Positions 19,639-30,500 of a DNA stretch of 64,000 nucleotides are shown here, piece after piece (position 1 is the stretch's first letter; each line of letters begins with the position of its first letter). The stretch is from a virus. The position numbers and the translations under genes are program-made. The notes beneath the pieces are model-generated. The model was not told the DNA's origin, searched no databases, and was given only the letters and a program-made list of their open reading frames with translations. The stretch is taken from the IMG/VR virus record IMGVR_UViG_3300036985_002432, positions 1 through 64,000 of that record. One strand, written 5' to 3'.

Positions 19639-19824
19639 ATGGCAACTTGCTTAAATTGTAAAAAAAATCTTTCATGTGGATGTCAAAAGAAAACTGCATC
19701 AGATGGAAAATCAACATGTGCTACATGTATAACACAATATGAAATTAGTTTAAATAAAAAAGTTTTAAACCCAACAAAACCTACACCAAGTCAAGTTTGG
19801 GCAAATAATAATAGTAAAAAATAA
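19639..19824 (+). CDS. Small Cys-rich protein
   Basis: CLNC-x4-SCGC...CATC. Confidence 0.65.
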   Translation: MATCLNCKKNLSCGCQKKTASDGKSTCATCITQYEISLNKKVLNPTKPTPSQVWANNNSKK

Positions 19825-19829
19825 AAGTT

Positions 19830-21989
19830 ATGGCTCCTGGATATTTACAGTTTATACCTTGTTGCAAGCTTCCTGGATATTTTCCATTGTCTTTTGCATT
19901 TGACCCGTTAATACCTCTAGGAACTTATACTTATGCAGGTGCTCCCTTTGCTGATAGTTTTGGTAATGAAATAATTATAGGTACTTGTTATACAGTTATT
20001 TTACAAAATCAAGCACCATTAGGTTTAATACCACCTCCAAATATAAGTACACTTACTTTAGTTCCTGGAGGATGTGCTGATTTAGATCTTTGTGGATGTG
20101 TATCAGTGATATGTCAATGCAGTAGGGCAACTAATTTAGTAACTCAACCCACATCACTTAGATATATTGATTGTTTTGGTGTACAACAATCAACTCCAGT
20201 ACTTGCTCCAGGTGAAACATCTGAGAAATATTGTGTAAAAACATGGGTAACAGGGAGTAATATAGAAAATTTTGGAACTTGCTTAGGAAATGAATGTCCT
20301 ACTCCTCCTTGTTATACCTTATATTCATGTGATGGAAGTAAAGTTCCTTTTAATACTTTAACTGACTTAAGTTTATATTCAGATACTGGTGTATCAATTA
20401 CACTTACAGAATATCCTGATGTATGTTTTTTAGTATATGAAAATACATCTGCAGATTGTCTTGATCCTATTGTTGTTACATTTGATGCAATGGGAGTGGA
20501 CTGTTGTGCATCAACTTGTTATTATGTAAACACAGGAAGTATAACTTATGTAGATGCAGATGGTTTAATAGTAGATGCTATTGGTCCATTAAAGTTTTGT
20601 TCAGATATATATCCAGTTGTAGATGCATTAAATGGATCTATAGTTACAGAGTTTGGTGCATGTACAGATGATATATGTCCACAATCATGTTATGTATTAA
20701 CTGACTGTGATGGTTTAGCTGATCCAATTTATACTACATCAGAATCAGTATTACCATTTTTAGGTACAGGAGCTGCATTTCATATCAATGGTTATACTAA
20801 TTGTTGGACAGTAGATCTTTCAATAGAAGATTGTGAGTGTGCAATTAGTATTGTTATTACAACTACTTATGTAGATTGTGAAACATGTGCAGGATACACA
20901 AGTTATAAATTAACAGATTGTGCTAACTCAGCAAATGTAATGTATACATCTACTGATTTATCATTATATGTTGGTCAAGTAATAGAACAAGATTGTCCAG
21001 GATGTTGGTTTGTAGAAGAATTCTTTTTACAACCTCCAAGTAATACTGCAATTGTAGTTAATAATACATTTGTTAATTGTGCTACTTGTGAACAAACTTA
21101 TTATCTTCTTACTGATTGTGCTGAAATAGAATCTAATATTATAACTACTACAGATTTATCTATAAATGTGGGAGGGGTTATAACATTAGATTGGTGTCCA
21201 GAAACATGTTGGGAAGTTTCAGAAACAAGAGAACATACAAATTCTACTGTAGTATTTTTAAAAGATAAATATGTAACTTGTGAAGAATGTTTAATAGATG
21301 TATTACCCTGTACATGTCAAACGGCTACTTTAATTAATCCATGTGTATTTTATAATATTACAGTACCTATAACATTTGTAGGTACTGTAACTTATATTGA
21401 TTGTATTGGTGAAATACAGGATGTTGAAATTCCAGTTCATAAACATCCAATAAACATATCTTTTTGTGGACCTCAAAATCAACAATTTGGTATTCCATAT
21501 ACAGTTACTGATAATGCAAATTGTAATAGATTAAGTTGGATAGACTGTAATGGTGACGAGCAAATTTCAAGAAGTGGAATGTTGCTTAATGAGATATCAC
21601 CAAAAACTTGTGTAAAAAAATGGTTAATGCCAGAAGGTCAATATGAATATATTATATATGGAGATTGTACAAATGTTGATAATATTTTTAACTGTCCAAT
21701 AGTACCAGAAATAGTTAGAACTGTAAGACCAGGATATAATACACCTACATGTACTATTGATCATTATGAAAGAATTGCATGTAGTTTTGCTGATGCAATG
21801 TATAGTAATGCATTAGAAAAAAGATATGGGATAACTTCATGTTGTCCTGAAGATAGAGAAAAGTGGGAATTAAAATATGAAATAATTGAATTTGCTGCAT
21901 TAGTAGATCCAAATTATATATGTACTCCGGTATCTACATGTTGTGATCCTTTACCTTCACCTTCACCCGGAAGTTGCAATAATCAATAA
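19830..21989 (+). CDS. Cys-rich repeat protein, putative fibre or spike
   Basis: About 57 Cys in 719 aa by hand count; repeated Y-x-L-T-D-C...C-W-x-V modules. Confidence 0.7.
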   Translation: MAPGYLQFIPCCKLPGYFPLSFAFDPLIPLGTYTYAGAPFADSFGNEIIIGTCYTVILQNQAPLGLIPPPNISTLTLVPGGCADLDLCGCVSVICQCSRATNLVTQPTSLRYIDCFGVQQSTPVLAPGETSEKYCVKTWVTGSNIENFGTCLGNECPTPPCYTLYSCDGSKVPFNTLTDLSLYSDTGVSITLTEYPDVCFLVYENTSADCLDPIVVTFDAMGVDCCASTCYYVNTGSITYVDADGLIVDAIGPLKFCSDIYPVVDALNGSIVTEFGACTDDICPQSCYVLTDCDGLADPIYTTSESVLPFLGTGAAFHINGYTNCWTVDLSIEDCECAISIVITTTYVDCETCAGYTSYKLTDCANSANVMYTSTDLSLYVGQVIEQDCPGCWFVEEFFLQPPSNTAIVVNNTFVNCATCEQTYYLLTDCAEIESNIITTTDLSINVGGVITLDWCPETCWEVSETREHTNSTVVFLKDKYVTCEECLIDVLPCTCQTATLINPCVFYNITVPITFVGTVTYIDCIGEIQDVEIPVHKHPINISFCGPQNQQFGIPYTVTDNANCNRLSWIDCNGDEQISRSGMLLNEISPKTCVKKWLMPEGQYEYIIYGDCTNVDNIFNCPIVPEIVRTVRPGYNTPTCTIDHYERIACSFADAMYSNALEKRYGITSCCPEDREKWELKYEIIEFAALVDPNYICTPVSTCCDPLPSPSPGSCNNQ

Positions 21990-22019
21990 TTTTTAGTATA
22001 TTAATAATATATATAACAT

Positions 22020-23660
22020 ATGAAACCTGTTAATTTAAATACAGCCCCATGTTCACCAGTTTCAAGTAACTGTGTAATATGGCAAGGACCAAATATTCCG
22101 TGTATCAATCTATGTAATGGAGATACAGTATCTGATGTAGTGTTTGCATTAGCAACAGAACTATGTGGAATATTAGATACATTAAATGTAGCTAATTATG
22201 ATCTTTCATGTTTTGGTATTACAGCATGTGGACCAAATGATTTTCAAGCATTAATTCAATTCTTGATTGCTCAAATATGTGCACTTCAAGGTGTTGTACC
22301 AGGTGAAATTAAAAATACTACAGACTGTCCAGATTGTTTAGTAACTGTAGCAGATTGTTTTGTTGAAGGTAATCAAACTACAATGAATCTTACTGATTAT
22401 GTAAACATGATTGCTGCAAAGATTTGTAGTATCATTGATCAGTTAGCAATTATTAATGCTACACTATTAAGCTTAGATATTAGAGTAACTACTTTAGAAA
22501 ATGAACCAGATCCTACATTTACAATTCCTTCATATGAAATTGGTTGTATAATTGGAACATTACCTTCTGGTGGTACATTTGGAATTGATGAAATACTTGA
22601 AGCATTTACAAATGATGTATGGTGTGATTTTTATACAGCTACAGGAACTACTACTGAAATACTTGCTGCAATAGCTGCTGAATGTATTTTAGGAACAGAT
22701 CCTTCAAGAGCAAATCCTGGTGTAGATATGGAAATTGCTTATCCATCATGGAATCCAACATCTAATACTTTAGCTAGTACTATTAATCATATATGGATTG
22801 CTTTATGTGATTTATATAATGCATCTATTACAGTTGCAGATACTAGTACAATTGATTTAACTTATACAGGTGGTTTATTAACAGCAAGAATAATTGATAC
22901 AGGTTGGATAAATTTAGAAGGCTTTACATTCTATGATATGGCAAAAACAGGTTCAGCTGCTTTTAGACCACAATGTAGACGTATTGGTAATGTTGTACAT
23001 TTTAGAGGATTACTAACCGTTCCTTTAGCTTCAACATTAGGAGGAGCTGCACTAACTTATGGTTATCAATCATCACCTGGTTATGATAGTTATTTTGCAG
23101 CACCTTATGCATACACAGCAGCTACAGGAGTTGGTAGTTGTGTTATTGGAACCGGTGGTTTTATTACATTTAATCAAGGAAATAGTGTAATACCTGCAGG
23201 AATATTATCTGTAGGAGAAACGCTTGATAAAACATATGGTTTAGGTTGGAAAATTGCTGTTAGACCTATTGATGTAGGAGCTACAAGTACTATGTTAACA
23301 AGTCTTGCAAGTGTTGGTATTAATTCAAATGGAGATTTAGAATGGGGGGTTACAACTAATACTGAAGAAAGTGTAGTATCCGGAGGAACAGGTTCATGGA
23401 ATACATCACCAGTAAATTATATTCAATCCATTGTAACAAATGGAGATCATGTTCCAAAATTTTCTAATGGTTTAAGTGTATATGATGCAGCAGCTGCAGG
23501 TGTACAACCTACAGAATTATTTTATGATGCCTCAATATATCCTTTTAGTGTTAATTCAACTCTTGCAGAACAACTAGGAGGTTTAGGTGTAAGAATAGAT
23601 GGATTAACTTCATTTATTAATCCATGTACTGTATCTACTATTACTGGTATAATCTGTTAA
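22020..23660 (+). CDS. Putative tail fibre protein
   Basis: Cys-rich N-terminal domain, coiled coil (LDIRVTTLE), DTGWINL...RRIGNVVHFRG fibre-tip-like motif. Confidence 0.65.
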   Translation: MKPVNLNTAPCSPVSSNCVIWQGPNIPCINLCNGDTVSDVVFALATELCGILDTLNVANYDLSCFGITACGPNDFQALIQFLIAQICALQGVVPGEIKNTTDCPDCLVTVADCFVEGNQTTMNLTDYVNMIAAKICSIIDQLAIINATLLSLDIRVTTLENEPDPTFTIPSYEIGCIIGTLPSGGTFGIDEILEAFTNDVWCDFYTATGTTTEILAAIAAECILGTDPSRANPGVDMEIAYPSWNPTSNTLASTINHIWIALCDLYNASITVADTSTIDLTYTGGLLTARIIDTGWINLEGFTFYDMAKTGSAAFRPQCRRIGNVVHFRGLLTVPLASTLGGAALTYGYQSSPGYDSYFAAPYAYTAATGVGSCVIGTGGFITFNQGNSVIPAGILSVGETLDKTYGLGWKIAVRPIDVGATSTMLTSLASVGINSNGDLEWGVTTNTEESVVSGGTGSWNTSPVNYIQSIVTNGDHVPKFSNGLSVYDAAAAGVQPTELFYDASIYPFSVNSTLAEQLGGLGVRIDGLTSFINPCTVSTITGIIC

Positions 23661-23671
23661 AATATAAAAAT

Positions 23672-24337
23672 ATGTCTTGTTCAACTTGTAATAATAAAAA
23701 TTGTAATAACAGCACTAAGTGCGGATGTACTGATAGTTATTTAACATCACCATTACCTTGTCCTACTCCTGTAGACTGTCCTGAAGCACAGCCATGTTCA
23801 GAAACATTTGATTCACAATGTATTATATATACAGGAGATAATATTATATGTGATACTACTGTTGTAGTAAATACAGATACTAATATAGAACAATCTTTAA
23901 ATAGTATAGTAGATTATTTTTGCACTGAGATAGCAAATATCCCAGTAGTAATTGTAGAAGCTGGAGAGGGTATTGAAGTTGTACCAACTGTAGTTGGCAC
24001 TACTACAACTTATACTGTTTCAACTACAGGTGTAAGGAAGTATGTTCAAAGTTTTGATAATGTTGTATTTGAAAATGTAACATTAACTGTTTTGGGTCTT
24101 GATCTTGCAGCATGTGGTTTAATAACTTTAGGTTGTAGTAATGTCACATCTATAATTGAATCAGCAGATTTTGTGTATAATATTATGTTTTTTAATTCTG
24201 GTTTAAATAAATGGATAAGTCTTATGAATGAACCAACTTTATTAATTTCATCAGATGTCATAACAGGAAATATTACTTTTTATATAGATACGGCTACTGC
24301 AGAACCATTTACAGTACGTATAACAATCATTGGATAA
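23672..24337 (+). CDS. Putative fibre-associated Cys-rich protein
   Basis: ATG at 23672 (MSCSTC...) preferred; N-terminal CIIYTGDNI domain resembles the upstream fibre; VEAGEGIEV motif. Confidence 0.65.
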   Translation: MSCSTCNNKNCNNSTKCGCTDSYLTSPLPCPTPVDCPEAQPCSETFDSQCIIYTGDNIICDTTVVVNTDTNIEQSLNSIVDYFCTEIANIPVVIVEAGEGIEVVPTVVGTTTTYTVSTTGVRKYVQSFDNVVFENVTLTVLGLDLAACGLITLGCSNVTSIIESADFVYNIMFFNSGLNKWISLMNEPTLLISSDVITGNITFYIDTATAEPFTVRITIIG

Positions 24338-24342
24338 AAGAA

Positions 24343-24409
24343 GTTACAGTTTGTTGGTTTCTGTGACAAACACAAGGATATCCCCAAGGCGTAAATCTTG
24401 GGGATTTTC
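24343..24409 (+). ncRNA. Candidate structured RNA: stem-loop (loop UUUGUUGGUUU) plus terminator hairpin
   Basis: GTTACAG/CTGTGAC 7-bp stem with one G-U pair; loop complementary to leader motifs elsewhere in the window. Confidence 0.4.
24380..24409 (+). terminator. Probable intrinsic terminator
   Basis: ATCCCCAAGG-CGTAAA-TCTTGGGGAT followed by a short TTTC tail. Confidence 0.65.
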
Positions 24410-24434
24410 TATATTACTAATCTAAATAAGAAGT

Positions 24435-25220
24435 ATGTTAACAAGAAAAAGATTATTTTATGACATTGAAACTTCATTTTGTCAAGGCACTTTTTGGAGA
24501 CCTGGTTATGATCAAACAATACATCCTAATCAAATTTTAAAATACGCACAAATTATTTGTATATCATGGAGTTGGGAGGGAGATGACAAAGTACATCATT
24601 TAGATTGGGGATTAAAAAAACAATGTGATAAAGAATTATTAAAAGTTTTTATAAAAGTATTAAATGATGCAGATGAGATAGTTGCACATAATGGAGACAG
24701 ATTTGATATAAAGTGGATAAGAACAAGAGCACTATATCATGGATTAGAAATGCGTCCACATTATAATAGTATTGATACTTTAAAATTATGTAAAACTTAT
24801 TTAAGTTTACCAAGTAATAAATTATCTGAAGTTGCAAGATATTATAATCTTACTGCTAAGTTAGATCCCGGAGGTTTACAAACATGGATTGATATTGTAA
24901 TTAATAAAGATAAAGAAGCAATGAAAATAATGTTGCATTACTGTGATGGTGATATTGTAACATTAAAAAAAGTATATGAGAAGATAAGAGTATATACTAA
25001 ACCTAAACTTAACTATGCTGTATTAACCGGTGGTGATAAATATGAATGTCCAGAGTGTGGCCATACTACAATTTATATAAATAAAACTTATACAACAGCT
25101 ATGGGAACTATTAAACATCATGTAAGATGTAAGAGTAAAATATGTAGAACAAGTTTTACTATTAATAACAAAGCTTACATGGATTATTTAAGCTTTAAAA
25201 GAATAAATAATATAAAGTAG
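24435..25220 (+). CDS. RNase H-like DEDD 3'-5' exonuclease with C-terminal Zn ribbon
   Basis: ExoI FYDIETS, ExoII AHNGDRFD, ExoIII YCDGD; CPECG...C-x4-C. Confidence 0.85.
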   Translation: MLTRKRLFYDIETSFCQGTFWRPGYDQTIHPNQILKYAQIICISWSWEGDDKVHHLDWGLKKQCDKELLKVFIKVLNDADEIVAHNGDRFDIKWIRTRALYHGLEMRPHYNSIDTLKLCKTYLSLPSNKLSEVARYYNLTAKLDPGGLQTWIDIVINKDKEAMKIMLHYCDGDIVTLKKVYEKIRVYTKPKLNYAVLTGGDKYECPECGHTTIYINKTYTTAMGTIKHHVRCKSKICRTSFTINNKAYMDYLSFKRINNIK

Positions 25221-25230
25221 TATATTTGCT

Positions 25231-25251
25231 AGACTAGGAATTTCCTAGTCT
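25231..25251. repeat. Perfect inverted repeat (10-bp arms, 1-nt spacer)
   Basis: AGACTAGGAA-T-TTCCTAGTCT; terminator or operator. Confidence 0.7.
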
Positions 25252-25281
25252 TGATTTTTTTTAGTATATTAACTATATGAT

Positions 25282-25869
25282 ATGAGTAATAAAGTATTTA
25301 ACAAACCTGATGTTACAGCACCAAGATATAGAGAGACTGTACATCAAGTTACAACTGATAAATTTTTTAAAGCTTTTAAAGAAAAGTATCCAAAGTATGA
25401 AGATGTCAAGGATAGTGAATTAAAAAAAGTAATAAAAGCATTTAACATATTATTCTGGGAAACTGTAGTAGACACAAGAGACGGTGTACAACTACCAGAA
25501 GAATTAGGTTATGTATTTGTAGGCACATGTCAAACTAGTAAGAAGACTAATATTGATTTTGGTAAATCAAATAAGTATGGATTTTTAGTTACTAATAACA
25601 ACTGGGATACAGATGGTAAGTTAGCTAAGATATTTTATACTAATGATGCAAATAAATATAAGTTTGTAAATAGAGAGTGTTGGGCCTTTCAAGGTTGTAG
25701 AAACTTTAAAAGAACACTAGCAAAAACTTATCCGGAGAATTGGATGAACTATGTGCATGTTGACCCAATGAAAAAGATACGTAAAATATTTCAAGGCAAT
25801 GTTCTTAGAGAAATACGTAAAAATATAGAGACTAAGAAACTTGAAGATTATAATGAGTTTGACATATGA
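25282..25869 (+). CDS. IHF/HU-like protein of the tail module
   Basis: KVIKAFN...GVQLPEELGYVFV pattern; crAss-like phages carry IHF-like genes before the tail ring genes. Confidence 0.5.
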   Translation: MSNKVFNKPDVTAPRYRETVHQVTTDKFFKAFKEKYPKYEDVKDSELKKVIKAFNILFWETVVDTRDGVQLPEELGYVFVGTCQTSKKTNIDFGKSNKYGFLVTNNNWDTDGKLAKIFYTNDANKYKFVNRECWAFQGCRNFKRTLAKTYPENWMNYVHVDPMKKIRKIFQGNVLREIRKNIETKKLEDYNEFDI

Positions 25870-26537
25870 CAACAATAGCAGAAGCAATATCAAGAGTAAG
25901 AAATACTTTGAAGGCTGTTAAGGAAGATGCTTTCTTAACTGATAGAACAATTTATTTTTCTTTACTTAAATATGGTAAGACTCTTTTAAAAAGAGAGGAC
26001 AATCAGAATAGACTTATGAAAATGAGTTCACTATTCCATGCCTTACCTTATATAGAATTAATTGATATAGATAGAATTGAAGCTGGGTGCACAGGTATTG
26101 CATCTGGTTGTATTATAAAAAGAACTGCTACTAAACTACCTACTATCTTTGATGGTATGTTTGGCCCTATTATCCGTACAGTATCTTCTATAGATGGTAC
26201 AATAGAATTATTCAGAACAGAACCAGGTACTTATGTATCTATGGTTAAAACAACTACATACAAATATAATAAAAGAATATACTTCTGGTACTTAGATGGT
26301 TATCTATATATACCTAATGTAGATTGGGATGCAATTAAAGTTGAAGCAATCTATGAAGGTGATACTGGTGAATTTATGTGTGAACCTAATGATGCATGTA
26401 CACTTAAACAGGATCAACAATTTGCTTTACCAGAATATTTATTCTCTGAGATGGAACAATTTGTTGTAAAAGAATTTAGTCTAACTATGAGTATTCCTAC
26501 AAATGGTCCAGATGATAATCAAAATGCTATAAGATAA
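25866..26537 (+). CDS. Putative tail ring protein
   Basis: Synteny; YFWYLDGYLYI and FALPEYL...V motifs. Confidence 0.55.
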   Translation: MTTIAEAISRVRNTLKAVKEDAFLTDRTIYFSLLKYGKTLLKREDNQNRLMKMSSLFHALPYIELIDIDRIEAGCTGIASGCIIKRTATKLPTIFDGMFGPIIRTVSSIDGTIELFRTEPGTYVSMVKTTTYKYNKRIYFWYLDGYLYIPNVDWDAIKVEAIYEGDTGEFMCEPNDACTLKQDQQFALPEYLFSEMEQFVVKEFSLTMSIPTNGPDDNQNAIR

Positions 26538-27574
26538 TGGATTTTAACTACACACTACGTTACAGAACCTTTGATCAATTGTTTGAAGATGTTACTGTAG
26601 ACTTTGCTTCATATGCTTTAGAGAATATGATTGAACCACAACAACTTATTAAAGTTGCTAAACGTGTTACATATGATCTTGGCCTTAGAGTTAATATGAC
26701 TAAAGAAGTTTTATTAGAAGTATGTAATGGTAAAGTAAAATTACCAGATGACTTCTTTACATTTAACTTTGCATTTGTATGTGGAGATTATACAGTAAAT
26801 ACTGGATATGATATTGGTGGTACTAATATTCAAGAAGTACCTTATAGAGAAGTTCCTGCAACTGTAAATCAATGTGCAGCACCTACAGTAAATTGTTCTA
26901 CATGTAATCACAATCCATGTAATAATACTGCAGCATGTTTAGGTTCAGATAGACCACCATCATATTTACCTGGAGAGTTTGATCCAAATAGTCCATATGG
27001 TGATACATGTATTAGACCAAGAGTATTTTTAAATTGTAAGGGTCAAGCATATGAATTAGTGCAAATTGTAAACTCATCTCAAACTAGAACTTACAGTAGA
27101 CTAGTATCATTAAGAATGAAACCTAGTCAAGAAATAGAATGTGATTGTCCTAATCTATATTATGATTCACCTAATGAAGGTTGGATTAAAAATGGATTTT
27201 TATATACTACATTTCAACATGGTAAAGTATATTTAAACTATCAAGGTGCATTAGAAGATGATGATGGAAACTTATTAGTACCAGATCATGATTTACTAAA
27301 TGAATATTATGAGTATGCACTTAAACAAAGATTGCTTGAAAACTTATATATGAATGGTGAAGATGTATCACAAAAGTTAGGGTTAGTTGAACAAAGACTT
27401 AAGGCTGCTAGAAACAATGCTTTAAGCATGGTTAACACACCTAACTTTGCTGAGATGAAGAAACTATGGTGGACTAATAGAAAAGCTATGTACGGTAAGT
27501 ATTATGATATGTTTAAGTCATATCCAATAAATAGTATTTATACAAGAAACTACGGACCAACAACAATTTTGTAA
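26537..27574 (+). CDS. Putative tail tubular/ring protein with a Cys-rich insert
   Basis: VKLPDDF, GKVYLNY and DDDGNLLVPD motifs; TAATG coupling. Confidence 0.6.
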   Translation: MDFNYTLRYRTFDQLFEDVTVDFASYALENMIEPQQLIKVAKRVTYDLGLRVNMTKEVLLEVCNGKVKLPDDFFTFNFAFVCGDYTVNTGYDIGGTNIQEVPYREVPATVNQCAAPTVNCSTCNHNPCNNTAACLGSDRPPSYLPGEFDPNSPYGDTCIRPRVFLNCKGQAYELVQIVNSSQTRTYSRLVSLRMKPSQEIECDCPNLYYDSPNEGWIKNGFLYTTFQHGKVYLNYQGALEDDDGNLLVPDHDLLNEYYEYALKQRLLENLYMNGEDVSQKLGLVEQRLKAARNNALSMVNTPNFAEMKKLWWTNRKAMYGKYYDMFKSYPINSIYTRNYGPTTIL

Positions 27575-27575
27575 A

Positions 27576-30500
27576 ATGGCTAAAGATAATTTTCAAGATA
27601 CTTCAAAGACTAATACCAATACTTTTATAAAAGGTCTTAACAAGGATTCTGATCCATCATTTGTTGCAGAAGGAATGTGGACACATGCCCGTAATGCATC
27701 TAACAATACTCTTGAAGGAGATTTAGGTGCACTATCAAATGAGTCAGCAACTATACAATGTGCAATAGCAGGAGCAACATTAGGACCTGCAGGATCTAAA
27801 AGATATGTAATAGGAACTATATATTTATACAGTGACAAGTGGGTTATCTTTACAGTAGCTTATGCACCTACAGGATTAGGTGCAGCAATAGGATCTGAGA
27901 TTGGATTGTATGAAGAAGACACTTGTAATTATAGACCTATTGTACAAGACACATGTTTAAACTTTAGTAAGTATTTTTTAATATCTGGAGCATCAAGAGA
28001 AACACAAGATTGTTCTTGGGCAGTATTTTTTGCTGATGGAAAGAATCCGGATAGACATTTAAATATTGGAGATCCACAAACTTGGCCAACAAGTAGTTAT
28101 ATATGGATAGGTAATAATACTTATTCAATGGGAACTAATACAATGCAATGGCCAGGTGTAGATTGGGTTCAAACATGTACAACTGGAGCAACATGTATTA
28201 TTTGTACTGATACTACTGAACTAGATTGTAATGCAATTAGATTAGCTAGACTAATGACAACACCATGTATTAAAGTTAGTAATGCTGTTGGTGCAGGAAC
28301 TTTATTAAATGGATCTTACTCAGCAACTATTGCTTATACAATCAATGGACAAAAAGTAACTGACTATTTTTCAGCAAGTAATATACAACCAATATTTCAT
28401 CCAGATAATTCATTAGGTTCAATTAGTATTCAAATAGATGCTGACACAGTTAACTTTGATGAATTTGTATTAGTAATAATTCAAACAGTCAATCAGGGGA
28501 CAATTGCTAAAGAAATTGGATACTATTCTACTAGAACAACTAATATAGAATTAGATCAAATTAAATTAGATTTAATTAATATACCTATTAAACAAATACC
28601 AATACAAACTCCAATCTTTGAGAAATCAGATCAAATGATTGAGATAAATAATTATTTATTAAGAGTTGGTCCTACAGCAAAATTTGATTTTAACTATCAA
28701 CCTTTAGCTAATTTAATTCAAGCAGAATGGGTATCAGTAGAATATCCTGCCAACTATTATGTTAATGGTGGTTCTAATACAAGTTACTTAAGAGATGAAG
28801 TATATGCTTTCTTTATTAGATGGGTATATAATACAGGAGATAAATCATCTTCATATCATATTCCTGGTAGAGCTCCAATAAATTATAATGGTGACTTTGA
28901 AACAGATCCTTATTTTGATATAAATACTTTACAAGGTGACACTGATTTATTTCAAACAGTTAATACTGCAATACAAACAAGTAGTGTTCAATCAACTTTG
29001 CCTGATGGAGGATTAGTAGTGGCTAGAGGGAAAATGGGATACTGGCAGTCTACGGAAATTTATCCTGATAATAGACCAGACATATGGAATTCTTCATCTC
29101 AATGTTGGACAGCTGTTTCTGTTCCACTTCCTGGTCAACCTGCACCTTTTGATTTATGTGGTAAACCAATTAGACATCACAAGTTTCCTGATAACCGTAC
29201 AAACAATCATTTTAGTAATGGTGGTCAGAATATAAGATTAATGGGTGTTGATTTTAAAAACATTATATACCCTAAAGACAATGATGGTAATGATATAAGA
29301 GGTATTGTAGGATATGAAATATTAAGAGGATCTAGAGAAGGTAATAAAACTATTATTGCTAAAGGTATGATTAATAATCTTAGAGACTATAATATTAAAA
29401 ATGGAACTAATAGTTCAGTAGGTCAACCAACAGGATTATATCCTAACTATCCGTTTAATACTATTAGACCAGTAACTAACTCTAATAATCCAAATGATAA
29501 TAATTATAATCTTAATGACCCTTATATAAAGTTAACAGATGAAAATGGTAATATAGTAGATCAAAATGTTCCTATTAACATGACTACCTTTCATTCACCG
29601 GATACTAATTTTAGAACACCTTTTCTTTCTAATTCAGAATTAAAGTTATATGGTAACTTAAAAGGAATAAGTACTCAACAATTTATAGTACCTGCACAAC
29701 ATCCTCAGTTTAAGTTATTAGGAAATTTAGTTATCTTTCCAATGTTTGTAGCTGGTATTATTGAAGCTCTTATATCTATGGGTGGTGAATTTACTATAAA
29801 TAAACAACCAACTACAGCAGGTTATAATCCTATTGCTTCTGGAACTAGTACTACAGCCGCAACAGGAGAAGCTGTTATGGGAGCAGCTGTTACGGCTTAC
29901 AATACTGCTATTGCTACATATTTTTCATCAGGTGCATCAGTTGCTGATGCTTTTGTAGGATATACGGCTTTAGATGCAATCAATAGTACTTTTCAAGGAT
30001 TTATAAATACAGCAGCAGCTTCTGGTACAGTTCAACATGGATATCTAACTTATCAACGTTCATTTGGAAAAACTGAATATCTTGGTCCAATATTAGGTAC
30101 TATAGCTAACATACAACAATCTGTATATTATTTTTGTGAAGGAGCTGAATTAGCATTAAGATTAATGTATGCTTTAGCACCTTATGATGACTATGCCTTA
30201 CAATCAATTGCGCATGGTTTTTATGATACTTATTTTACACCACTAAACACAAGTAGAGTAAGATTTAATCTAGCAGATAGTTTTTATTTAAAAGATGCTT
30301 TACAACAAGTATCACAATTTCCAAATCCTGGTAATAAAAGATATCTTGTTAATAATCTTAAAAGATCAAATACAGTTGTATTAAGAACAACTAATAATCT
30401 TGGTGTTAATGATGGACCTAGATTTATTAATAGTCCAAGTGATATTGCTAATAGTTCTGTAGATAATTCATTAGTTACATTAGGTACTGCTAATTTAGCA

